64,000 nucleotides of DNA from an uncultured bacterium (GTDB lineage: Bacteria; UBA8481): NCBI GenBank assembly GCA_964499705.1, contig CAZCME010000012.1, forward strand, positions 1 to 64,000. Direction: 5' to 3'. Positions 19,686-27,577 of the stretch are shown here, one piece after another. A program made the translations under genes and the position numbers. Position 1 is the stretch's first letter, and every line of letters starts with the position of its first letter. The notes beneath the pieces were generated by a model. The model did not search any database and was not told the DNA's origin. It was given only the letters and a program-made list of their open reading frames with translations.

Positions 19686-21323
19686 ATGAAAACGGCATCG
19701 AATCCGGCGCGGATGAAATTTCTTCGGCGACTCCTGATCATCCTCCTTATTCCGTCCCTGGGCGTCGCCGCGCTCCTGACCGAATGGTCGATCCCCGCAT
19801 TTCTCGCCCGGTCGATCTCGTCGATCGTGGAGGAGCGGCTCGCGGCAAAGCTGCAGTACGAAAGCGGCAGCGTTTCCCTGTCCCGGGGCGTGCGGCTGTC
19901 GCGCCTTGTCTTCACGGGAACCGAGGGCGATACAGTGACGGCGGACTCCGCGACATTCGACATTCCCTGGACGAAGCTCCGGCAGTTTCTACAAGGCAAG
20001 GGAACGCTGGCCGATATCACGGTGAGCGGGCTCCATTTCACCGTGACCCGGAACAGGAGCGGACGGTTCATTCTCCCCATCCGCCCGCCCAAGCTCTCCA
20101 CCCTGTTCGAGATTCAATTCCACGACGGCGTGCTCCGTTATCGCGACGTCCCGCTCGACATCGACCATACCGCGACCGGGCTGACCGGGGCCGTTCACAT
20201 GAGCGAGCAGATCCAGGGGGAGATATCCGGACGGAACCCGGGCGGCGAGGGTGGACGGTGGAGCCTGGCGATGAGACCGGCGGGCGAGGACACCGCGGAA
20301 TTCACGCTGCGCGTCGCGAACGCGGACGCGCTGGAGACAGGATTCGCGCAAGGGATCATCACGCGCGGGGAGGACGGCGCATTTTCAGCGGAGCTTGCCG
20401 TGGAAATGACCACGCCCTTCGCGGCGCGCCTCCTGGATCGACGCATGCCTTCGTCGGGCGTGCTTGCCTTCAAGGGCCTCGCCAGGGGCGGCCAGAAATC
20501 CTTTCACCTGGGAGGAGAAGTCCGCGCGGAATCGCTGATGGCCGGCCGGATCGCGCTCACGGACTTGAAAGCCACCGTGACGGCCGACGAAAAACAGATT
20601 CTCGTCAGAAGCGCCACGGCGAGGATCCACGGAGGAAGCGCGTCGATCAGGTCCGCCGTTCTTCCGTACGCGGATTTTTCCGCGTGGTCGGCGGCCGGCC
20701 GCATCACCGGCGCCGATGCCCACCCCACGACGCGGGGACGCCTCGGCTCCGCATCCGTATCCGGCACGCTCGCCTGCGACTTCGATCTCCGAGGCGCTCC
20801 TCAGGCGGACCACGGCATGACCGGAACATTGAACCTGACCGTCTCGAACGGCCAGCTGAACGCACCCGCGCTCGACCGGCTTGTGCGACTCTCCAGCGAT
20901 CCCACGCTTAAACCCCTGCCGTTCTCCCGCCTGAACGCACGCATCGGGCTCCGCGCGAACGGACTATCCGTGGAGCGGCTCGACTTCACGGGTCCACGCG
21001 TCAGCGCGCGCGGTAAAGCCCTGGTCGCCGCCAATCACGCGCTCTCCGGGGAGATGACATTTCTCCTGACAGGTGAACTGACGTCGCGGATTGTCGGACC
21101 CCTGGGCGGCTCGCTGCCGAAGGAGAACGGCCGCACCGTCGTGCCGACCATGCTCGCGGGGACGCTGGAGAATCCCGAGGTGAAATTGATGATGAGCCAG
21201 CTCGTCGCGGGAACAGCCTACGGCATCGCCAAATCCGTGGCGAAGCCGATCGGCACGGCCGTGAATAAAGTCGGCAGCACGCTGCGGGAAATCTTCGGCG
21301 GAAAAGAGGAAGAAGGCCGCTGA
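19686..21323 (+). CDS. AsmA-like (beta-taco) envelope protein
   Basis: N-terminal TM; beta-rich repeats; C-terminal LPFSRLNARI...VPTMLAGTLENPEV. Confidence 0.7.
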   Translation: MKTASNPARMKFLRRLLIILLIPSLGVAALLTEWSIPAFLARSISSIVEERLAAKLQYESGSVSLSRGVRLSRLVFTGTEGDTVTADSATFDIPWTKLRQFLQGKGTLADITVSGLHFTVTRNRSGRFILPIRPPKLSTLFEIQFHDGVLRYRDVPLDIDHTATGLTGAVHMSEQIQGEISGRNPGGEGGRWSLAMRPAGEDTAEFTLRVANADALETGFAQGIITRGEDGAFSAELAVEMTTPFAARLLDRRMPSSGVLAFKGLARGGQKSFHLGGEVRAESLMAGRIALTDLKATVTADEKQILVRSATARIHGGSASIRSAVLPYADFSAWSAAGRITGADAHPTTRGRLGSASVSGTLACDFDLRGAPQADHGMTGTLNLTVSNGQLNAPALDRLVRLSSDPTLKPLPFSRLNARIGLRANGLSVERLDFTGPRVSARGKALVAANHALSGEMTFLLTGELTSRIVGPLGGSLPKENGRTVVPTMLAGTLENPEVKLMMSQLVAGTAYGIAKSVAKPIGTAVNKVGSTLREIFGGKEEEGR

Positions 21324-21348
21324 TCGATCGCCGCCCCCGGATCGCCCG

Positions 21349-21630
21349 TCAGGCGGTGCGCTCGGTGACCTCGATCAGGTGAAAACCGAACTGGGTCTTG
21401 ACCGGGCCCAGCACCTTACCGACGGGGCCGCTGAAAACGACCTCGTCGAATTCCTTCACCATGCTGCCGGGACGGAAGCTCCCGAGATCCCCGCCATCGC
21501 GGCCGGAGGGGCAATCCGAGTTCTTCTTCGCGACCTCGGCGAAATCCGCTCCCGCCTCGATCTCCTTCTTGAGCTTCACGCATTCGCTTTCCGTCTTGAC
21601 GAGAATATGTCGTGCTGACGCCTGTGACAT
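21349..21630 (-). CDS. ppiC: Parvulin peptidyl-prolyl isomerase
   Basis: MSQASARHILV...FAEVAKKNSDCPS...GGDLGSF.PG.MV.EFD...GPVKTQFGFHLI. Confidence 0.95.
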   Translation of the reverse strand: MSQASARHILVKTESECVKLKKEIEAGADFAEVAKKNSDCPSGRDGGDLGSFRPGSMVKEFDEVVFSGPVGKVLGPVKTQFGFHLIEVTERTA

Positions 21631-21845
21631 GTTGTGTTCCTTTCCGTGGATGAAATGAAACTCCATTTTACCCGGAATGTGGATTCCGCTCACGCGGTCT
21701 TTTGCGCCTTGTGCGCGGAACGGTGCGTCTGGGCGATTGAAGATGGGATCGGCGGTGACTTGTGAGTAATGGACAGACATTTCGCGGACGCACCCGGCGG
21801 GGTTTTCGAGTTGCCCGCTGAGACACCCAGGACTATTCTTTCCAC

Positions 21846-23879
21846 ATGAACCACTCCGAGATCGTCTCCTTTCTCTGGAACATCGCCGATCTCATCCGGG
21901 ATTCCTTCAAGCGAGGAAAATACCAGGACGTCATCCTGCCGTTGACCGTCCTCCGAAGACTCGACCAGGTTCTCGCTCCCACGCGCGAGAAAGTCCGGGA
22001 GCGGCAGGCGACATTGAAGGCTCAGGGCATCAAGGAGTTGGATGCCCAGCTCCGCCGCGCCTCGGGATACGCTTTTTACAACACCTCGAAGTTCGACTTC
22101 GAACGGCTCCTCGCGGACTCTCCGAACGTCGCGGCCAACCTCCGAAAGTACATCGCGGGATTCTCGGAGAACATGCGCGAGGTAATCGAGAAGTTCGACT
22201 TCGACAACACGATCACCAAGCTCGACCAGGCCGGGCTCCTCTTCCAGGTGCTGGAGCGGTTCAAGAACGTGGACCTGCACCCGGATCGAGTGGACAACGC
22301 GACGATGGGTTCGATCTTCGAGGAGCTGATCCGCAAGTTCAACGAGGCGCTCGACGAGAACCCGGGCGAGCACTTCACGCCGCGCGACGTGGTGCGGCTT
22401 ATGGCCGATCTTCTGATGGCCGGCGATGAGGCGCGACTGCGGAAGAAGGACATGGTCTTCACGGTCTATGATCCTTGCTGTGGCACTGGCGGGATGCTCA
22501 CCATCGCCCGCGACCGCATCCGCTCAATCAGCCCCGACGCCGAGATCCACCTCTTCGGCCAGGAGGTCAACCCTGAGACCTATGCCGTCGCCAAGTCTGA
22601 CCTCTACATCAAGGACCCGAGCGGCCGCGACGCGGACCGCATCCTCTTCGGCAGCACTCTCTCGAACGACCGCCATCCCCGCACGAAGTTCGACTACCTC
22701 ATCGCCAATCCGCCTTACGGCAAGGACTGGGCGCGCGACGAGGAGGCGGTCACGGCCGAGCACGAGAAGGGCGAAGGCGGCCGGTTCGTGCCGGGCCTGC
22801 CCCGTAAGAGCGACGGCCAGCTCCTCTTTCTCCTCCACATGATCGCCCACATGCAGAAGGCCGCGGACGGCGGCACGCGCCTCGCCATCATCATGAACGG
22901 CTCCCCGCTCTTCACCGGCGACGCGGGCGGCGGCGAGAGCGAGATCCGGCGCTGGATTCTTGAGAACGACTGGCTCGAAGCTCTCATCGCCCTGCCCGAG
23001 CAGCTCTTCTACAACACCGGCATCGCCACATACATCTGGATTCTCTCGAACCGCAAGGAGAAGCACCGCCGGGGCAAAGTGAAGCTCATCAACGCCACGG
23101 AGAAGTGGGTGGCGATGCGCAAAAGTCTCGGCAACAAGCGCCGCGAAATCTCGGAGGAACAGCTCCGCAGGATCGTGGACCTTTATCTGGCGATCGAAGC
23201 GGGCGAGTCGGTTCGTATTTTTGATTCCACCGATTTCGGGTATCGCAAGATCACGGTGGAACGACCGCTGAAGCTGAACTTCCAGGTCTCGGTCGAGCGC
23301 ATCGAGCGACTGAAGACTGAGAGCGGATTCGAGAATCTCGCGAAGAGCAAGAAGAAGGAGGCCAAGGTCAAGGCGGCCGAGGAGGCCGAGGGGCGGAAGG
23401 AGCAGGCCGCGGTGCTCTCCATGCTTGCAAAGATACCGACCACGCTCTTCAAAAATCGGCCCGCGTTCGAGAAGGCGCTTGAGAAGGCGGCGCAGACTGC
23501 CGGCATGAAGATCGCCGGCGCAGTCCGGAAGGCCATCATCTCGGCGCTCTCGGAGCGCGACGAGACGGCCGAGATCTGTCGCGACAAAGAAGGCAAGCCT
23601 GAGCCGGACTCGGACCTTCGAGACACCGAGAACGTTCCGTTGAAGGAGAGTATCGAGACCTACTTCGAGCGCGAGGTAAAGCCGCACGTGCCCGACGCCT
23701 GGATCAACACCGAGACCTGCGACGAGAGGGACGGCAAGATCGGGAAGGTCGGGTACGAGATCAACTTCAACCGCTACTTCTACAAGTACACGCCCCCGCG
23801 CCCGCTGGAGGAGATCGAGGCGGAGATCAAGGCGCTCGAGACCGAGATCGTGGCGGGAATGAAGGGGATCACCGGATGA
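21846..23879 (+). CDS. hsdM: Type I RM methyltransferase subunit
   Basis: HsdM N-terminus LWNIADLIR; GEHFTPRDVV; YDPCCGTGG; ANPPY; C-terminal GYEINFNRYFY. Confidence 0.97.
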   Translation: MNHSEIVSFLWNIADLIRDSFKRGKYQDVILPLTVLRRLDQVLAPTREKVRERQATLKAQGIKELDAQLRRASGYAFYNTSKFDFERLLADSPNVAANLRKYIAGFSENMREVIEKFDFDNTITKLDQAGLLFQVLERFKNVDLHPDRVDNATMGSIFEELIRKFNEALDENPGEHFTPRDVVRLMADLLMAGDEARLRKKDMVFTVYDPCCGTGGMLTIARDRIRSISPDAEIHLFGQEVNPETYAVAKSDLYIKDPSGRDADRILFGSTLSNDRHPRTKFDYLIANPPYGKDWARDEEAVTAEHEKGEGGRFVPGLPRKSDGQLLFLLHMIAHMQKAADGGTRLAIIMNGSPLFTGDAGGGESEIRRWILENDWLEALIALPEQLFYNTGIATYIWILSNRKEKHRRGKVKLINATEKWVAMRKSLGNKRREISEEQLRRIVDLYLAIEAGESVRIFDSTDFGYRKITVERPLKLNFQVSVERIERLKTESGFENLAKSKKKEAKVKAAEEAEGRKEQAAVLSMLAKIPTTLFKNRPAFEKALEKAAQTAGMKIAGAVRKAIISALSERDETAEICRDKEGKPEPDSDLRDTENVPLKESIETYFEREVKPHVPDAWINTETCDERDGKIGKVGYEINFNRYFYKYTPPRPLEEIEAEIKALETEIVAGMKGITG

Positions 23880-24670
23880 TGCGCCTGGCGTATTTCGATG
23901 AGACGGGCGACGACGGCTATCCGGACTCGTCGTCGCCTCTCTTTGTGTTGACCGCGCTCTATCTTCACTATCTGCATTGGCAAGCGATTCATGAGAAGAT
24001 TTCGGAGTTCCGCAAAGCTTTGCGCGAGACCTGCAAGATTCCCGTGAAGACCGAGTTTCACAGCAAGCCGTTTCTCCTGAACAAGAAGCCTTACCGGGGA
24101 ATGAATCTGGGCGACACGACACGCGTGAGCATCTTCGACAGTTACTGCGACCTGATCGCCTCGCTCGAGGTCAGAATTGTGAATGTCGTCATCGTGAAGC
24201 CGCGCATCTTGAGCGCGAAGTATCAGATTCTGGATCGCGCGCTGACTTATGTCATTCAGCGCATCGAGAACGATCTGAATCCCACGTCAAATCCGGACGC
24301 CAAGTTTCTGATCGTCTCCGACGAGGGGCGTATTGGGAAGATGCGCCAGACCACGCGGAAGCTCTCGAAGATTCAATACATCGGATCCAAGTTCGGCCCG
24401 AGTTCGTATCGGAAGGATCTCAAGTCGCTTATCGAGGACCCCCTGCCGAAGCGGTCGAACGAGTCCTACCTGATCCAGGTCGCTGATCTGGTTTCCTGCG
24501 TCGTCTACTTTCACGCCCTGCTGGGTACGGGTATCGGGGAACTGCCAAATCGCCTACCCTCAATCGTCGATGCCGCGAAGATTACGGATTGGATGGACCG
24601 CTTGAAACCGGCCCTGAATTTGAAAGCCTCGGAGAGGGATCCGTATGGCATCGTTTATCACCCTCAATAG
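23876..24670 (+). CDS. DUF3800 family (RNase H-like) protein
   Basis: N-terminal YFDETGDDG, central IVSDEG, C-terminal SYLIQVADLV (DE...QxxD signature). ATGA overlap with hsdM. Confidence 0.85.
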   Translation: MMRLAYFDETGDDGYPDSSSPLFVLTALYLHYLHWQAIHEKISEFRKALRETCKIPVKTEFHSKPFLLNKKPYRGMNLGDTTRVSIFDSYCDLIASLEVRIVNVVIVKPRILSAKYQILDRALTYVIQRIENDLNPTSNPDAKFLIVSDEGRIGKMRQTTRKLSKIQYIGSKFGPSSYRKDLKSLIEDPLPKRSNESYLIQVADLVSCVVYFHALLGTGIGELPNRLPSIVDAAKITDWMDRLKPALNLKASERDPYGIVYHPQ

Positions 24671-24736
24671 CGAACGGCGGCCCTCGCGAGCCGCCGTTTC
24701 CACCACCTACGGCGCATGCGCGCTTTCAGTAGTTCA
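24671..24736 (-). ncRNA. Candidate DUF3800-associated small RNA, convergent with the DUF3800 gene
   Basis: Minus strand: CUAC-UGAAA-GCGC[GCAU]GCGC-C-GUAG, linker GUGGUGGA, then AACGGCGGCUC[GCGA]GGGCCGCCGUU (11 bp, GNRA loop, one U-G pair). Own promoter immediately upstream. Confidence 0.65.
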
Positions 24737-24741
24737 TCTAA

Positions 24742-24770
24742 AATATAGCCCGGCACAGTCAGGCTTTCAA
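24742..24770 (-). promoter_or_regulatory. Sigma70 promoter pointing back toward DUF3800
   Basis: Minus strand TTGAAA (24770-24765), 17 nt, TATATT (24747-24742). Confidence 0.7.
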
Positions 24771-24891
24771 CGGCATTCTCATGCGAATCATTGCCCCTCG
24801 ATTGGACGAAAAAATAGGAACTGGCTGGCGGGTGCCATACGGACACTTCTTCATCCATTGAACTTCAGAATAATAAGGTGTACGGTCCGTT

Positions 24892-24953
24892 CATATCCCC
24901 CCTGTCGCTTCGGCGCAGGGCGCGAAGCCGCCTCTGGGCGGCTTCTGCTTTTT
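24892..24953 (+). ncRNA. Candidate second small structured RNA or hsdS leader
   Basis: CCCUG-U-CGC[UUCG]GCG-CAGGG hairpin followed by a terminator-like hairpin; preceded by TTGAAC (24858-63), 17 nt, TACGGT (24881-86). Confidence 0.45.
24924..24953 (+). terminator. Intrinsic terminator-like hairpin directly before hsdS
   Basis: GAAGCCGCC-TCTG-GGCGGCTTC followed by TGCTTTTT. Confidence 0.6.
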
Positions 24954-24961
24954 GGGGCCGC

Positions 24962-26254
24962 ATGATGAGATACAAGCCCTACTCCAAGTACAAGCTCTCC
25001 GGCGTCGAGTGGCTGGGCAAGGTGCCGAAGGGATGGGCGGTGAAAAGGTTGAAACACTGCGTAGCATTGCAACGCAAGAAGAAGATGCCGGATTCTGAAT
25101 CGAACTACCTCAGGTTGGAAAACATCGAGTCGTGGACAGGAAAATTGACTTCCACCGAGCCGCATGCGAACGACGGAGATGCTATTTCCTTTGAACCCCA
25201 CGATGTTCTCTTCGGAAAGTTGCGGCCGTATTTGGCGAAGGCGTGGCTTTCCGATAGAGCCGGGGTCTGTTCGTCGGAGTTACTCGTTCTTCGACCGCTT
25301 GAACTAGATCCGAAGTTTCTGGCGTTGTGGGCACTAAATCGGGATTTTGTCTCCGAAATTGATTCGTCGACCTTTGGCACCAAGATGCCGCGCGCCGAAT
25401 GGAACTTCATCGGAAATATGCCAACCTTGGTGCCGAACATCACTGACCAACGCGCCATCGCGGCCTTCCTCGATCGGGAGACGGGGAGGATTGATGCGCT
25501 GGTGGCGAAGAAGGAGCGGCTGATCGAGCTTCTCAAGGAGAAGCGGCAGGCGCTCATCACCCGCGCGGTCACCAAAGGACTCGACCCCAACGCCAAGATG
25601 AAAGACTCCGGCGTCGAATGGCTCGGCCAGGTGCCGGAGGGGTGGGAGGTGACTCCGTTCACCAAGATGGTGACTGAGAAATCGGATTATCGAGGACGAA
25701 CCCCAGAAAAGATCGATGACGGCGTTTTACTTATCACAGCAAGAAATATCCGCATGGGGTTCATCGATTACGAGTGTTCTCAAGAATACATTTCGGATGC
25801 TAGCTACGTCGAAACAATGAAACGAGGGTTTCCTAAAAATGGCGATATTCTCTTCACGTCAGAGGCTCCTCTTGGAAACGTTGCGCTGGTGGATAGAGAA
25901 GATGTTGCGTTGGCTCAACGAGTAATTCGCTTCCGGATGAATCCCGAGCGTATCGCGAGTACATACGCGTTGTTTGCGATGATGTCAGCCTATTTCCAAG
26001 ACCAACTGAAACGTTTGGCAACTGGATCAACGGCTGAAGGGATCAAGGCAAGCAAGCTTTTTTCGCTTCGGCTGCTAGTTCCTTCCTTGGCTGCGCAACG
26101 CGCCATCACTACCCACCTCGACCACGAGACTACCAAGCTCGACGCCTTGGCCGAGAAGACCACGCAGGCCATCGAGAAACTGAAGGAGTACCGCGCCGCG
26201 CTCATCTCGGCTGCAGTGACGGGGAAGATCGACCTGAGGGAAGCAGCTACCTGA
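24962..26254 (+). CDS. hsdS: Type I RM specificity subunit
   Basis: Two SGVEWLG.VP.GW repeats, two lower-GC TRDs, conserved QRAIAAFLDRET..ID and LKEYRAALISAAVTGKID. Start trimmed to ATG 24962 (or 24965). Confidence 0.96.
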   Translation: MMRYKPYSKYKLSGVEWLGKVPKGWAVKRLKHCVALQRKKKMPDSESNYLRLENIESWTGKLTSTEPHANDGDAISFEPHDVLFGKLRPYLAKAWLSDRAGVCSSELLVLRPLELDPKFLALWALNRDFVSEIDSSTFGTKMPRAEWNFIGNMPTLVPNITDQRAIAAFLDRETGRIDALVAKKERLIELLKEKRQALITRAVTKGLDPNAKMKDSGVEWLGQVPEGWEVTPFTKMVTEKSDYRGRTPEKIDDGVLLITARNIRMGFIDYECSQEYISDASYVETMKRGFPKNGDILFTSEAPLGNVALVDREDVALAQRVIRFRMNPERIASTYALFAMMSAYFQDQLKRLATGSTAEGIKASKLFSLRLLVPSLAAQRAITTHLDHETTKLDALAEKTTQAIEKLKEYRAALISAAVTGKIDLREAAT

Positions 26255-26275
26255 ATTTTAGTATCATTTAGCCTA

Positions 26276-26304
26276 TTGACTAAATTTAGTCTCAAAGCTA
26301 TATT
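26276..26304 (+). promoter_or_regulatory. Internal sigma70 promoter with perfect 14-bp palindromic operator
   Basis: TTGACT (26276-81), 17 nt, TATATT (26299-304). GACTAAATTTAGTC (26278-26291) overlaps the -35 box. Confidence 0.8.
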
Positions 26305-26342
26305 TATGGCGTGACATTACTAGGGCTTGAAATGGAGCGGAT

Positions 26343-27563
26343 ATGGCAGCTATCTCTATAAAAATAAACAATCCATTCCGACCTGGCGCGGGCCATATGC
26401 CGCCGTATCTAGCTGGCCGGGAAGCCGAGTCCAATGAGTTCCGTCGTCTCCTCGGTCAAAGGCCGATAATGGAGAACCTCATCCTTACCGGACTTCGCGG
26501 ACTCGGAAAGACCGTCCTCCTCGAGACGTTCAAACCGATCGCCATAGCCGAAGGTTGGCTCTGGTCGGGCACTGATCTCTCCGAATCCGCGAGCATCAAC
26601 GAGGATAATTTGGCCACGCGAATCATCACAGACCTCTCCGTCATTACCTCGCCAATAGTAATCGCTCGAAAAGAGCGGCCGAACTTTGGATTCCATACGG
26701 GCTCGGTCGAGGAGACGGTTCGCCTGGACTTTCAGGTCCTGAAATCTCTCTATGATCGCACCCCAGGACTCATCTCGGACAAGTTAAAGACCGTGCTCGA
26801 ACAAGTTTGGTCGGTGTTGTCCGGCCACAATGTTCGCGGCGTCATCTTTGCGTATGACGAAGCTCAAAATCTCGCGGATCACGCAGTGAAGGACCAGTAT
26901 CCTCTCTCCCTCCTCCTCGACCTCTTCCAGTCGATTCAACGGAAGGATATCCCCTTCATGCTCGCACTCACCGGCCTGCCAACGCTCTTTCCCAAGCTCG
27001 TGGAGGCGCGCACCTACTCGGAGCGGATGTTTCGCGTGGTCTTCCTCGATCCGCTCTCGAATAGCGAAACGGCCGACGCAATCCAGAAGCCGATCGAGAA
27101 GGAAAATTGCCCGATTCACTTCTCGGAGGAATCGATCGCAACGATCTGGCGCATCACGCGCGGTTATCCCTATTTCGTCCAGTATGTCTGCCGCGAGTCT
27201 TTCGATGTCTGGGCCCAGGCCGGCGAATCCGGAAAGACGTTGCCGAATATTCCTGTCAACGAGATCGTCCGAAAACTGGATTCCGATTTTTTTGCGGGCC
27301 GGTGGGCGCGCGCCACGGACAGGCAACGAGAACTCCTCAGCATCGTCGCGCGGTTGGAGAGCGGCGCCGAGGAATTCACCGTGCAGGAGATCGTCGATAG
27401 CCCCGCCAATAAAGCTCTCGACAAGCCTTTCGGCAGCAGTCATGTGAATCAGATGCTCGCCGCCCTGTCCGAAGCAGGCCTCGTGTACAAGAACCGCCAC
27501 GGAAAATATTCGCTGGCTGTTCCTCTCCTCGATGAATTCATCCGGCGACAGGGGCAGGCATAG
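26343..27563 (+). CDS. P-loop (AAA/STAND-like) ATPase with C-terminal winged helix
   Basis: NPFRPGAG..PPYLAGRE; Walker A GLRGLGKT; Walker B FAYDEAQ; GYPYFVQ; C-terminal LAALSEAGLVYKNRHGKYSLAVPL. Confidence 0.85.
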   Translation: MAAISIKINNPFRPGAGHMPPYLAGREAESNEFRRLLGQRPIMENLILTGLRGLGKTVLLETFKPIAIAEGWLWSGTDLSESASINEDNLATRIITDLSVITSPIVIARKERPNFGFHTGSVEETVRLDFQVLKSLYDRTPGLISDKLKTVLEQVWSVLSGHNVRGVIFAYDEAQNLADHAVKDQYPLSLLLDLFQSIQRKDIPFMLALTGLPTLFPKLVEARTYSERMFRVVFLDPLSNSETADAIQKPIEKENCPIHFSEESIATIWRITRGYPYFVQYVCRESFDVWAQAGESGKTLPNIPVNEIVRKLDSDFFAGRWARATDRQRELLSIVARLESGAEEFTVQEIVDSPANKALDKPFGSSHVNQMLAALSEAGLVYKNRHGKYSLAVPLLDEFIRRQGQA

Positions 27564-27577
27564 TATGAGACGGCATA

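Noticed and set aside
19633-19689. 18-codon uORF overlapping the asmA-like start (ATGA)
   Set aside because: Plausible by chance; no regulatory codon pattern.
24690-24735. Hammerhead-like words (CUGA...GAAAC) in the minus-strand RNA
   Set aside because: The core reads CUGAAAG, not CUGANGA, and the stems do not form the three-way junction.
24781-24861. 26-codon ORF MRIIAPRLDEKIGTGWRVPYGHFFIH between the two promoters
   Set aside because: No RBS, too short, no recognisable motif.
24878-24961. N-terminal extension of hsdS in the ORF track
   Set aside because: It overlaps the hairpins; HsdS homology starts at M(M)RYKPY.
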